Assembly: GCF_020745735.1 (NCBI RefSeq)
Contig: NC_083426.1
Span: 39,866,001-39,930,000, forward strand
DNA length: 64,000 bases
Direction of reading: 5' to 3'
DNA from: Hemiscyllium ocellatum
Lineage: Eukaryota
Below the pieces are notes generated by a model. The model searched no databases. It saw only the letters and a program-made list of their open reading frames with translations, and was not told where the DNA came from. The translations under genes were made by a program, and so were the position numbers. Positions within the stretch are counted from its first letter, which is position 1; each line of letters opens with the position of its first letter. Below are positions 1 through 12,521 of this stretch, piece after piece.

Positions 1-56
1 TCCTGCTCCTCGGATGCTGCCTGACCTGCTGTGCTTTTCCAGCACCACTCTAATCT
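1..56 (+). mobile_element. Penelope-like terminal (pLTR) fragment, family A, cut by the window edge
   Basis: Essentially identical to 61342-61399 and to the arms of the fold-back elements. Confidence 0.75.
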
Positions 57-365
57 ATTGGTTTAACCAGGCTGTCAAGTTGTAAGTCTGAATGGTCAAT
101 GTTGAACAAATTGATTAAGTATCACAAAGTATCACCTGAACGTCATAAATAAAACAATCATCTGTCTTGTGCTTTGTGTAGTTGGTTTATTATCACTTTT
201 ATTGTGTTTAGCTGGTTTGCACACTTCTGTAAATCCAGTTTGATAAAGCCATGCAGCTAATTTTAATTCAGAAACCACAAATAAATTCACTTGCGTGTTT
301 TCTTAATTTGTACAGCCAACCAACATCAGTGATTTGCTATCCTCTCACTCATACCACACACTTAC

Positions 366-569
366 CACATTTCCCGTCCACCCATTCCTGTCCAATGTTG
401 CAGGCTTCCACTTTCTCAGGAGCTTTTGCCAATTTCTTTGCCACTTCGTACTCAGTCCCAGAGAAGCGAATGTGGAAACGCTGCTGGTTGATTGATTTTT
501 TCAAAGTTTTAATTGCAGATTTCAGTTTCTTCTCCATCTTCTGCCTCAGACAGTTAATATTGCAGTTGC
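366..569 (-). CDS. SCUBE3: SCUBE3-like exon, end of spacer and start of Cys-rich region (GNCNINCLRQKMEKKLKSAIKTLKKSINQQRFHIRFSGTEYEVAKK...CNIGQEWVDGKC)
   Basis: 204 nt, ctttgcAG...GTaag, phase 1-1; CLRQKME...KSINQ.RF resembles SCUBE3 (CLRQRME...KSINQDRF); the gene continues beyond position 1. Confidence 0.9.
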
Positions 570-1719
570 CTGCAAAGAATGGGTTTCATTTTGTCAAAAG
601 TGAGTTTGTGTGAATGAGCAGGGGAAAGAGCCAGAGTGAAATAGCTGAGGCAATCTCAATTTAGTGCCCAGTGGACCAAGTGCCTCCTTCAATCAAAAGA
701 GATTACAAAGTGGTTTATCTGCTACAGTGTAGGTTGCTCCTTAAGGACTTCATTGAGGCATGGCTTTTTTCTGCAAGCAACTGTTCTACACATGCCATGG
801 GAGTCCTTATAAAGAACGTTTCATTCTACCTCACTAACTTGTTTGATAACCAAAAGTACATCTGTAATTTTGAGCAAGGGAATCATTAGTACTACATTCA
901 TTAATTTATTTTCTTCAGATTGTACAAAATATTTATCTGCAAGCACAGTTACACCAATGATTGATAATTTGTGAGTGATATTTAAGGCCTACTGTGGTTT
1001 CTGTATACTTTAATGTTTTGTACAAGGAATTATTATATATTGTCATAAAATGAATATACTTGCAGCATTGTCTACATTTATTCTATTTTAAAAAATGCTT
1101 ACAATAAAATAAAGAGTAGAATTTTTCCTGTTCCTTTGTTTTTACTTGAATCTATTTCTAACAGCACAGGTGGTCTGACTGAGTGCGTATGTGTACTAAA
1201 CGTGAGCATGCATCAGTATCACTAAACAAAAGCCCAAAAATTAACCAATATCTAATAAGTCTCCTTAATTGAGATATCTTTTAAACAAACCTTTTCTTAT
1301 GACCAGATTGGTGAATAAATTACTGACCATTTTAAGCAACTTGTAGTATTACTAAATACAACTGAGCAATGAGCAGCTCATTTGAAATGATGGAGATGTG
1401 ATACAGTTCCAACAGCAATACTCTATTCCCGCTTGCATAATAAAATGATTTTCAACTTTATCTGGGACAAGAGTTTGATTTAGGTGGTAATTTATAAGGA
1501 GCAATGGTAAGCAACCAACCTTTATGCCCCAAATTCTGGAGTTCCTTGTCTAAACAACTCTGGCTCTCTTTTTGCCTTAAACGTGTCCTTTAAATTCTAC
1601 TTTTTGACCAAGCTTATGAACATTTTCCCTAACCTGTCTTTATATGATTCAGTGTTGAATTTTGCATAATGACATTCCAGCATAGCAGTATGGAATGTTT
1701 TATTAAGTAAAAGATCTTT

Positions 1720-2038
1720 TAAAATTCATTCATGGGATGAGGGCATCACTGGCTAGGCCAGCATTTATTGCCCATCCCTAATTGCCCAGAGGGCAGTTAA
1801 GAGTCAACCACATTGCTGTGTGCCTGGAGTCACATGTATTCTAGACCAGGTAAAGTTGGCAGTTTCCTTCCATTCATGAACCAGACAGGTTTTCTCAACA
1901 CTTGACACCAGATTGATGGTCATCATTAAACTCTTAATTCCAGGCGTTTTTCATTGAATGCAAATTCCACCATCTATTGTGGCGGATCCTGGAAGGTTAC
2001 CCATGTCTTTGGATTAATAACTCTATGATATTACCAGT
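1720..2038 (-). mobile_element. Decayed shark SINE (family not named with confidence)
   Basis: Resembles a recalled chondrichthyan SINE; its 3' end (ttattgcccatccctaattgccc) recurs at about 63590. Confidence 0.55.
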
Positions 2039-2667
2039 AAAAGATGCTATTTGTTGTTGATAGAATGTGACCATAAATTTGGAATAAGATGCCTTTTCCA
2101 TAAGACACCACAGACTTAATTTAGTACATACCTGATCAACCAACAGAATGGTGTGGGGCATTCAGAAGTGAGGATGTCCCTTTGACACCATCAATTGCTC
2201 CCTGGCCTGGGCTGAGTGACAGCCTTATCTTGCAGCAGAGGTTGCCTTGTAGATAGGGTTCTATGCTGGTAAGGGTGCGGTGATTAGGATGCCTGAGAAT
2301 GCCAGAGTTGGCAGCTGGCAGAGTGGGCATAACATCAGAGGCTTTGGGGCAAAGGTTTCAGAGGTAGCCATGTTGGGCTAGAGTTGGCCCATTTGCACAG
2401 GTTTGGGTGGTGTTTGCTTAGGCTTGGGTGGTGTTTGTTCAGGCAAATCCAGCTGCAAAGGCATATCCCTATTGGATATGTCAAGCCTGTCACCTGGATG
2501 TAGCTGCTGGACTTTATGAGACTTGTGGTTAGGTGCCTGACCATTTTCTAGCTTTTACTAATGGTCTAGAGACTGATTTGGCCAGAATTTGGACATTTTA
2601 GATTTTAAATCAAAGAGAGTTCCATTGCGGAGGTGGTAATTTTGCCCCTATTTCCCTGATTGGTTGA

Positions 2668-2872
2668 ACCAGTGTTGGACTGGGCTGGACAAAGTTAAAA
2701 ACCACTCAACACCAGGGTATAGTCCAACAGGTTTATTTGGAAGCACTAGCTTTTGAAGTGCTGTTTCTTCATCAGGTGAACTTTGATTTCTCTCCACAGA
2801 TGCTGCTAGACCTGCTGAGCTTTTCCAGCAATTTGTTTTTGTTTCTGATTTACAGCATCTGCAGTTCCCTCA
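2668..2872. mobile_element. Adjacent decayed PLE terminal fragments (family B on -, family A-like on +)
   Basis: 2690-2779 matches the arm of the 34034-34950 element; 2793-2870 resembles the gatgctgcc...cagcatctgcag terminus. Confidence 0.65.
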
Positions 2873-3066
2873 GTTTATCTCCAACTTCACATTGTGCTTA
2901 GCAAATTTCCAAACACAGTGTTAGAAATTGGGGGTAAAATACAAAAAGCTGGTCAAAGAGCATTTGTGGAGAGCACAACCCATCGCTATTTTGTGTTCAC
3001 TGTTTCTCTCCATGAGGAAAATGTACAAGTCTGAAAGACCATCAATCCTTATTGGAACAGTGGTGC

Positions 3067-3365
3067 CAGTGTGGAAACAGGTCATCTGGCCCAACAGGTC
3101 CACACTGACCCTCCAAACAGTAACCCAGCAAGACCCCATTACCCTACATTTACCCCTGACTAATGCACCTAACACGATGGGCAATTTAGCATGGCCAATT
3201 CACCTGACCTGCACATCTTTGGACTGTGGGAGGAAACCGGAGCACCCGGAGGAAACCCACACAGACACAGGGAGAATGTGCAAACTCTACAAGACAGTGG
3301 AATTGAACCCAGGTCCCTGGCGTTGTGAGGCAGCAGTGCTAACCACTGAGCCACTGTGACACCCC
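3067..3365 (-). mobile_element. HE1-type tRNA-derived SINE
   Basis: Reverse complement of the 16025-16346 copy over head, core and tail. Confidence 0.85.
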
Positions 3366-3420
3366 TTTTAGATAAGAGAAATGTGGGTCAGGAATCTGAA
3401 TAGGGAATGAATGGGAACTG

Positions 3421-3833
3421 AAAAGGTGTTGCTGGAAAAGCTCAGCAGGTCAGGCAGCATCCAAGGAACAGGAAATTCAACGTTTCGGGCATAAGCCTTA
3501 TGCCTGAAACGTCGAATTTCCTATTCCTTGGATGCTGCCTGACCTGCTGCGATTTTCCAGCAACACATTTTCAGCTCTGATCTCCAGCATCTGCAGTCCT
3601 CACTTTCTCAATGAATGGGAACTGAAAAGGTGTTGCTGGAAAAGCGCAGCAGGTCAGGCAGCATCCAAGGAACAGGAAATTCAATGTTTCGGGCATTGGC
3701 CCTTCATCAGGAATGAAGGGCTTATGCCTGAAACGTCGAATTTCCTATTCCTTGGATGCTGCCTGACCTGCTGCGATTTTCCAGCAACACATTTTCAGCT
3801 CTGATCTCCAGCATCTGCAGACCTCACTTTCTC
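3421..3833. mobile_element. Two tandem fold-back PLE derivatives (family A) with triplicated 15-bp flank
   Basis: Each unit is an inverted repeat; aatgaatgggaactg occurs at 3406-3420, 3610-3624 and 3834-3848. Confidence 0.85.
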
Positions 3834-4447
3834 AATGAATGGGAACTGCCAGAGTTTCTGGTTTCGCTGAGTAATCAGGGCAGATAGTGGGGTAAAGAGT
3901 CCATTCTGCAAAAGGAAGGAATTCTAATTAAAAAGGTTGCATTCTGAGTAACAAGGCCTCAACAGCACTTGGATTTGTAGGATGGAGAGGAAGCCTGCGA
4001 AGGCTGTGTCCTAGATCTCTCACTCTTATCTGGAGGTGATGCTCTGAGACCAAAAAGACTGTGGTGAGGTTCGGTTAGAAGGACAAGAGCAAAGAGACTA
4101 GTCTTGCAAGTGGCTCCTAATGTCAGCAACACGGAGGTCTTGTTTATTCAATGTGGAGACAGGGCATCAAGGAGACAAGGACCTTGGGAAGGTGGGAAAG
4201 GTGAGAAGTGTAATATTTTCAGGCCCCAAGTCCAAAACTCTGCCCATGCCAACATTCATTTACACAGCACTTCTCAGATGAACACAGCGTACAGCTCCAC
4301 TCATTCTCTCCTCGCACCTCCTCACATCCCCATCTGAACAGTCAACACTCACTCACCCTCATCTTATTGTCCTTTTGCACTCATGCCTTCGTCACCCTGC
4401 ACAAACGTCATCTTCGCCAAACAAGCCATTGCAAACACTAGCACCTC

Positions 4448-4686
4448 AGTGAAAGTGAAGACTGCAGAAGCTGGAGATCAGAAGTCTAGATTAGAGTGGT
4501 GCTGGAAATGCACAGCAGGTCAGGCAGCATCCAAGGAGCAGGAAAATTGATGTTTCCGGCAAAAACCCTTCATCAGAAAAGCCATTCCTTCCTGATGAAG
4601 GGCTTTTGCCCGAAACGTCGATTTTACTGCTCCTCTGATGCTGCCTGACATCCTGTGTTTTACCAGCACCACTCTAATCTAGACCC
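4448..4686. mobile_element. Fold-back PLE derivative (family A), 16-bp TSD
   Basis: Inverted arms; caaacactagcacctc at 4432-4447 and 4687-4702. Confidence 0.88.
4589..4622 (+). ncRNA. Minimal type-I hammerhead ribozyme motif (family A), weak stem I
   Basis: uuc-CUGAUGA-a-GGGC-uuuu-GCCC-GAAA-C-GUC-gau; core intact, only 2 bp of stem I. Confidence 0.6.
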
Positions 4687-5451
4687 CAAACACTAGCACC
4701 TCTCTACTCTCTCTCTTTGTAGAAGAGAGCACATAGCTTTGGGCAAAGGCAGAAGCCTGAATGGAATGTGGTTGGAAATTAAGGAGGGAGTTGAAGTGGG
4801 AGACACTGAGAGGGGGAGGGGCAATGTGTCCTGCTACTGACAGACCACTTGATGATTTTTGGGAAGGTGGTCTTGTTCCAGAAAGTGTCAGCAGTGACCG
4901 GCTGTGATAGCCTGCGCCTCCTGAGGCATAAGGTGCTCAGACAGAGCTCATCCTCTACCCTTTAGTACAATGGTGGGATCTCACCTCCCTCTAGCTGAAT
5001 CTCTGTATCGATCCCCTCTGCACTGTGGAGGATCACATACTGAGGGACAAACAGATGGTGCTGTTGCTCTTACTGTTGCTGTGCAGTTGACTGTGGCATG
5101 GATTCTGCTCTTGATCCTCAAATGAGGGGGAAGGTGAAGCTACGTAAAGTGTTCCCACGGTGTAGTGCACACAATTAAATAGGAAAATGCTGGACAAGGG
5201 AAGTGACTTTTCAACATTGACAACACCTGACAAACAATGATAGCAATTTCAGACACAGAAAGTACTTTGGATAGCAGCCTCACACCAATCCATGTCTGGG
5301 ACTCTTCAACTACACTGATCAAAACCTCTCTACTCCATTAGTTTTACTCAAAAGTTATTCCTGCTGTCACTCACCTCAGTGATCCTAGGGAATTTTACTT
5401 AACAGTTCAGGAAATAGGTATAGTAGCAGGAAAACCAAGAATTAAAATGGC

Positions 5452-8400
5452 AGAAGAGGCAAGATGGCGGTGATCTAATAGGTCTGCCCTGCTGAGCTTT
5501 GCACCATAACCCAGGCAAGGTGGTGTTTTTACCCTCCCTTTATTAGTTATTTCGGCAAAAATCGGTAATTTTAAGTCCCCAGAATCTTTGTGCCTCAGTT
5601 TTGGCAATCAGGGAAAAATGACTAAGGGAAAAGGGCCATGTGGATCGCAACAAGCAGGGCATTCCCCTGCAGCAACGGATACGCCTGCAGCCGCAGTGTT
5701 GGCCTCAGCGAATGTCCCTTTGGACCTACCTGTGCAGCAGAGCCTGGTCTTGGAGTCTGTGAAACTCAGAGAGAAGATTGATTCAGTGATGGAGGAGACC
5801 CAGACTAGGCTGGAACCGATCATGCTGCAAAAGCATGAGCAGGAGATCCAGTGTCTTGGGCAGCGCATGGAGGAGGTGGAGCAGCAGACTGCGGCTTCAG
5901 AGACTGCAGCAGAATCCTCGGTGGGTCAGGTCCAGGCCTGAGAGAGGCAGGTATGGACCTTAGTGGAACAGGTTGGCGGAAGAACATCTGCCTTACTGGG
6001 AGGCTGGAATGGGAGGAAGAAGGCCAACTAGTCAGTTTTCTGGAGCAATGGTTCCCACGCTTCTTGGGGCTGGAGGTTGAGGTGGGTTGAGGATTGGCCC
6101 AGCACCCCCACCCAGTCCTAGTGTGACTCCAGCATTACCAAGATAAGCACATGGTGTTAGAAGCTTCCAGAGCACTGGGAAAGGATGCACAGGCTCTGAT
6201 CTACAAGGGATCAAAAATTGTGTGTTTTCAGGACTTTTCTGTGGCTGTGATCCACAAGAGAAAGACCTTCGATGAAGTAAAGAAGAGGCTCAGAGACTTG
6301 AATATTCAATATTCTGTAAGGTACCCCCAGAGGAGGATCCATGCACAATTTTGATTCATCAGAAAAGGCAAAGCACTTCCTGGACACTTTAAAATAGACT
6401 GGTTGGTTCAAATAATATAGACAATAGTGTTTCCTTTGTTTTCTCTGTTGTTTACCTGGTTTTGCTCTTTTAATATATGGGGGTCCGTTTTTCTCTTCTT
6501 TCTCCCCTCCCATTGTCTCTATTCACCGCCCCCCCCCCCCAGCCACTTTTTTCCCTTTTCTCTCTCTTGGTTTGAGATTGGGGGTGGGGTGGGGTTTGGG
6601 GAATTTGTTTTTTTTAATCAGTAATGACTGGGGTTGATATACGGGTAGGATGGGTTGAATGCCCACTTTTAATTTTCTTGTTATAAGCTACATGTATTCT
6701 TCACTTTGTTTTGCCTAGGTTTGGGGTATGGCTTCAGCTAGAAGGAGCCATGGAGGGGTTAGTGGGTAGTGTGAGAGCCCCCTGTGGGCAAGGGGGAAAG
6801 TGTCCTCTTATTTGTTTTATGTGTTGGTTCATTGCAGAAGTAGCTTTCAGAAGTTTTACTTTGATAGTTTTGTAGTTGTATTTTCTAGTTTATACGTATC
6901 TCTAACTGTTTTCACTCGGCATGTTATGAGTAGGGTTCTTCCTCTCGGGGAATCGCGGGCTGTCTCGGACAGCTATGGCTAATTGTTTGTTTAATTGGAG
7001 CACCTGGAATATTAAGGGGGGTCATTCACCGATTAAGAGAAAGACGATACTTTCGAGCCTTAGAAAAGAAAGGGTCGATGTAACCATACTGCAAGAGACA
7101 CATTTAGGCAATAAGGGTATTTCAAGTTACACCAGGGAGGGTTCGGCCGGGTGTTTTTTTCGTCCTTTAATTCTAAAAGCAGAGGAGAAGCTAAACCCAT
7201 CCAGAAGAATCTTCCATTTCAGCTGTTAGACCAAATTAAAGACGATTTTGTGATCCTCAAAGCTTTAATACATGGGGAGAAGTACGGGATTTTGAATGTT
7301 TATTGCCCCCCCCCCCCCTCAAATGTTTAACAGATGCACTTTCCAGGTTGATGGCCCTTGGAGCACGCCACACGTGGGAGACTTCAATCATCTTATGGAC
7401 CCTGAGGTGGACAGGATGCTCAGGGGTCTCGCAGTCATATCCCCGCAATCCAGACAACTGCTGGACCTTAGTGGGGAGCTGGGGCTGGTGGATGTTTGGC
7501 GATGTCTTCACCCTGAAGGTAGGGACTTTACCTTCGTCTCTAACTCACACAAGTGCCACACTAGGATTGACATTTTTTTTGCTCCACCTGCCTTTTTGAA
7601 TTCAGTGCTGTCCTGTAGAATTGGGAACACAATCATTTCTGACCATGCGGCAGGGTATCTGGAGGTTATGGCCAGAGGCAATTGGACAGGCTTGCAGCAT
7701 TGGCTCATGGATCCTTTCCTCCTGAAGGACAGTAAATTTATTGAGTACTTTTTACAGGAATTTAAATTTTTTTGATATATTAATTTGGGTACAGCCAGTA
7801 ACCCATTGGTGCTCTGGGAGACTGCCAAGGCCTATGCAAGGGGTTTGATTATTTCTTACTTGGTGACCCGGAAGCGGCAGAGGGGAGAGCATTAGCATAT
7901 GCTTGAGGCCTGGTTGAAGGCAGCCAAGATGGCATACTTTAATAGGCCGTCTGTGACCAAGTTGCAGTGGATTGCAGCACTCAGGGCTGCTCTGAACTCT
8001 GCGCTCACCCAGACAGCAAAGAGGGAGATCTCTTTTGTGAAACAGAAGTTAATCGAGTATGGTGACAAGCTGGGTAGATACCTAGCATGTCTGGCCCGGA
8101 AGAAGAATGCCCCCCAATCTATTACATCCATCAGAGAGTGTGCTGGTACTCTTGTGATGCCTGAAAGATTAATGCGGCATTCAGGAAATTCTATTCCGAG
8201 TTGTACCAGTCGGAGGGCTGTGAGGACAGGTTGGTGAAGGTGGAGTTCTTTTTCAAGAACTTGGATCTCCCAGGCATAACTGAAGAGCAGGTGTCCCTTT
8301 TGAATGCCCCTCTGATAATCCAAGAGATATAAGAGGCGGCGAGGCAACTCCAGAGCGGTAAAGCGCCAGGCCCAGATGGATTTCATAGCGAGTTTTATAA

Positions 8401-11090
8401 GGAGTTTATAAACATGTTGGCCGGCCCAACGTTGGATATATACAATTATTCATACAGTCAGGACTGCCTCCAATCCCCTTGGACAGAAGCTAATATCTCC
8501 CTTATTCTCAAGAGAGGGAAAGCTCCAGAGGACTGTGCTTTGTACGGGCCCATATCGCTGTTAAGCATAGATTTTAAAATTCTGTTGAAAATGCTAGCAG
8601 TGAGGTTGGAGAAGGTCTTTCCCTCTATTGTAAAGGTGCACCAGACAGGTTTTATTAAGGGTTGCAGTTCCTGTAATAACATTAGAAGAGTACTGAATAT
8701 GGTCCAGGTGTGCGAGCAGAGGTCGAATCTGGGCTTGGTAGTCTCCCTAGATGCAGATAAAGTGTTTGACTGGGTTGAGTAGCCATATCTTTTTTATGTC
8801 CTGGAACAGTTTGGTCTTGGGTGAGTCTTTGCCAGGTGGGTGGCAGTATTATACAGTGAGTCTAAGACAGCGGTTCTCACTAATAGCATAAGGTCTGACA
8901 ATTTTAGTATTGATAGAGGCAGCCGACAAGGGTGCCCCCTTTCACCGCTGCTGTTTACATTAATGATTGAGCCGTTGGCAGAGGCTATCCAGAGGGACCC
9001 CAATATAGTTGCTCTGGGGTTGGGACCGGGGGAGAGGGCATAAAATCACCCTTTATGCAGACAACATTATTCTTTTTCTATCTAATCTGACAATGTCTGT
9101 GCCCCATTTAATACAAAAGATTAATTTATTTAGTTCTCTCTCACGGTATAAAATCAATTTTATGAAGGTGGAGGTTTGTGGGGGGGCGGGGGAGGGGGAG
9201 GGGCGGTGTCTTGTCAGAGTACCCGATCTTGGGGGTGGAATCTGATTCCCTTTCAGGTGGTCACAGGGAGGTTTCCTGTATGTAGGCATTTTTATTACTC
9301 TGGCCTTTCATCAATTATACAAAGCTAATATTGTGCAGTTTGCTAGAGAAGATAAGACAGGACCTTTAGCATTGGGAGGCTCTTCCAATATCTTGGTTGG
9401 GTAGAATAGCTCTGGTTAAAATGAATGTTCTTCCTCATTTATTATATCCCATGCAAATATTCCCTCTGCTGTTACCCAGGCAAGCACTATGGAGGCTTAA
9501 CAGTCGGCTCATTTCTTTCATGTGGCGTCATAGGCAACCTCTAATTAAGCTTGCTAAACTGCAACTTCCACAGGGGATAGGGGGTGTGACTTACCAGAAA
9601 TATCAATTAAGTTCCCTATTATCCTATGTGACTGATTGTGCTTGTCAGGACCTGAGGTCAATTTGGCTGGACATCGAGGCCTCCCAGGCAAAATGTCTCC
9701 TCGTTAATTTTTTGTTTATGGACAAGTTAAGGACTGTCATGAAGCATTGTAGAAACCTGATTGTCCTTAACACGGTTAAAGCATGGAGAATGAAGCGACA
9801 AAGCAAGGGCAATTTATATAAAACTTCCCTTTTTATTCCGATAGCAGGAATGCCAAGATTTCGGCTGGAATTGATGGATTCTGGCTTTAGGTTCTGGGAG
9901 GCTCGAGGAGTCTCTTATTTGGGAATTTGAGGGGGAGGTCATGATGTCTTTCAATCAACTGAGCCAGAAATAGGAATTGTCCAGTAGGGACCCTTTGGTT
10001 ATTTTCAGATTAGGGACTTTATACAGAAAAAGACTACATTATTGGTTAATTCCTTTAAGTCTGATGTGGAGAGGACAGTACTTCGGTCCACAGGAACTCT
10101 CTCGATCAATACCATATACTATTTACTAGGAGGTCATGTTTCGAAGGTCATTGAGCAGCTGTGTGGGATCTGAACTCAGGAATTCGGAGTGGAGATCTGG
10201 TCAGAGGCATAGGAAGATATTTGGGAGAACATGAGGAAGATTTCGATTTGTAATAGGACGCAGGCTATGCAACTGAAGGTTCTCCACAAGGTCTACTTGG
10301 CATCGGAGCGGCTTGTGAAATTCAAGAAAGGAATATCTCCAATGTGCCCCAAATGTAAAACAGATGTAGGCACTCCTACTCATTGTTTGCGATCATGACA
10401 CAAGCTTTGGAGGTATTGGGGTGTTATAGCGAGTGTTTTGGAAGGGGTCTTGGGAACCGAGGTCAAGGTAGATCTGGTGTCCTTCCTCTTGGGTCTGTCG
10501 AATCTGCTCTCTTTAAATATGCATGGGAAGAAACTGTTGAATATTCTTTCATATTGTGTGAGGAAGAACATTCTGATGAGCTGGATATCAGAAAACACTC
10601 CCCAGGAATTTTGGGATGGTGTAGGTTAGTTATGGAACATATCTCCTGAGACTTCCTTTCAAGCATTGTGCACCAGAAAATGGAACTTCTTTTATAGGAC
10701 ATGGTGGTCCTTTTTGAATTATATGGACACGGACTTGTCGGCTTTTTGATTAGGGCCTTTGTGTAGCCGCAAGGGCTGTGTCTGGTGGGCCGGAGGCCCC
10801 TGAGAGGAAGAATCCGAATAAATACGGGTACGCCAATGATGGGAGCTTTGGTGGGGTTGTGCTGAGTGTTAAAATTTAACTTAGTTCAGCCTCATTTAAT
10901 TTAGTTTATTTTGGTTCATTATTTATTGAATTGTAGTATGGGTAGTTTTTTTGTCTAATTTGTTTGTGAAGTAGAGTAATAGTTTGTTTATTGTTATTGC
11001 TATTATATTATAAGATTGTTACAATATTTTATAATAATTCTATAATTTTGTAAAAAATTTAAAATCTTTTTCAATAAAAAAATTAAAAAT
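5452..11090 (+). mobile_element. Full-length decayed L1-clade LINE (ORF1, APE-RT-Cys ORF2), antisense to SCUBE3
   Basis: 15-bp TSD aagaattaaaatggc at 5437-5451 and 11091-11105; ORF1 pieces 5617-6400 (FQDFS...RYP); ORF2 from 6975 (TWNIKG, LQETH, GDFN, SDH, RQGCPLSPLLF, YADN, CPKC..HC); AATAAA 11073-11078 and A-rich tail; many stops and frameshifts. Confidence 0.92.
5461..5470 (+). promoter_or_regulatory. YY1-type motif AAGATGGCGG at the L1 5' end
   Basis: Exact motif 9 nt inside the element start, the position where L1 internal promoters carry a YY1 site. Confidence 0.55.
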
Positions 11091-11748
11091 AAGAATTAAA
11101 ATGGCTTTCAGTTTAAAAACTTTAATTATTTGCCGGTCAGATTCAAGGGTATCCACTTGCCTTCAGTCTAGCCGTGCTGAAATCCAGGAGAAGATGGTAT
11201 GTTGTCAGGATACTCAGTCTCAGCTTCAGGGAATTTAACTCCTGTACACGCCTAAATGCACCTTGTCTGGGATAATTTCTGGGATAGACTTTCCTATTCA
11301 CAGATGCCAACTAAGTTCCTATCCATTTTCAGCTTTTTCTATAGAAGATAAAACCTGGACTAATGTGAAATCTGTCCTGTTCAGGAAATGTTCAATTAGC
11401 CAAGCTCCTGAATTCGGCTAGGATTTCTACTTTTGATTGCTGGGAGTCAGGTCCTGCTCAAGTTGCCAGTATTTAACTGTGAGCCTGGATGGTGAATGGT
11501 GTTCAATCATAGAAGCAATGATTGCCCCTACTTCTGGTCAAATGACCTCATTGATTTATCTGTTATCAATGTGGAACCCGACCTTCTGCCCGCAGTGACG
11601 GATGTACAGTACCCAGTATGAGACCAGAATCAAACATGGAACCCTCCCTCAACCTTTCATCTCAGTTTCTCACCAGATAAACTTGCGTTGTGGTTTTATT
11701 TTAATTATAAGACCTTAAATATAACAGCAAACAAAGCCCTCCTTTCAC

Positions 11749-11913
11749 CTGTTATATCTTCCTTTCTTATTTCTGCTTCAAAATCCAATGTTATTCTTGT
11801 CACTTCTTTTCCTGGGGGATTACGGGTCCGTCGGCCTTTTGCTTTCTTGGAAGAATCACATTTTAGGTTTACGAATGTAACCTGACAGTTGTCGGTACAA
11901 GGGAAGGCACCTC
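11749..11913 (-). CDS. SCUBE3: SCUBE3-like spacer exon ([55 protein letters not shown])
   Basis: 165 nt (162 if the second AG of a tandem AAG-GAG acceptor is used), donor GTgaaa; [25 protein letters not shown] is SCUBE3-like; within ORF 11705..11974. Confidence 0.9.
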
Positions 11914-12244
11914 CTTCATGAAACGACAAGAAAACAAAGTTCATACAGTGAGTGATATCAGAGGCAATATGCACTGCTCAATAACAACAAAATTTCTCTC
12001 CTGTTCTCCCAAATGTCCTGCCAAGTATTTATCCCGAAATCAAAGGTTTTGTGATTATGTTTTCATTTTGTGCAAGGGCTGAACAAGACTCAGGCCAATC
12101 ATAGTGCCCAAGGCTGGGACTGCAAAGGGCAGGAATGCAGAATAATTAGTCTAAGGTATACTCACATTCTAATCGAAGCAGAAATGGAGAGGCTCAAGCA
12201 AAACAAAGAATTACATGAAAAAACAACTACCAAATGTTTTGTAC

Positions 12245-12358
12245 CTGTGATAATTGGGCGCCCACTGTCCTGCTTTCCCTTAATGCGTGGATGAAGGTGA
12301 CACTTCGCATCTTTAATCTTGAAGGAAGCTCGATGTTTGACCGGGACAGCTAAAGTCT
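12245..12358 (-). CDS. SCUBE3: SCUBE3-like spacer exon (ETLAVPVKHRASFKIKDAKCHLHPRIKGKQDSGRPIIT)
   Basis: 114 nt, cgttttAG...GTac, phase 1-1; RASFKIKDAKC matches recalled SCUBE3. Confidence 0.88.
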
Positions 12359-12521
12359 CTAAAACGAAACAACATAATTTAAAGACATCTTAAGGCAGCA
12401 TTTAAATGTAAACTAAATGGCCATTCATGCAGTTTCCATTGCCTGCTGTATATACTTGACAATACAGGGACATTTAACAGAATGGCGATATGTGGGGCAC
12501 TTTTACAATCTGGCACTCCCA

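Noticed and set aside
3406-3848. CRISPR-like repeat-spacer appearance
   Set aside because: Eukaryotic context; the 'spacers' are near-identical PLE hairpins and the repeats are target-site copies.
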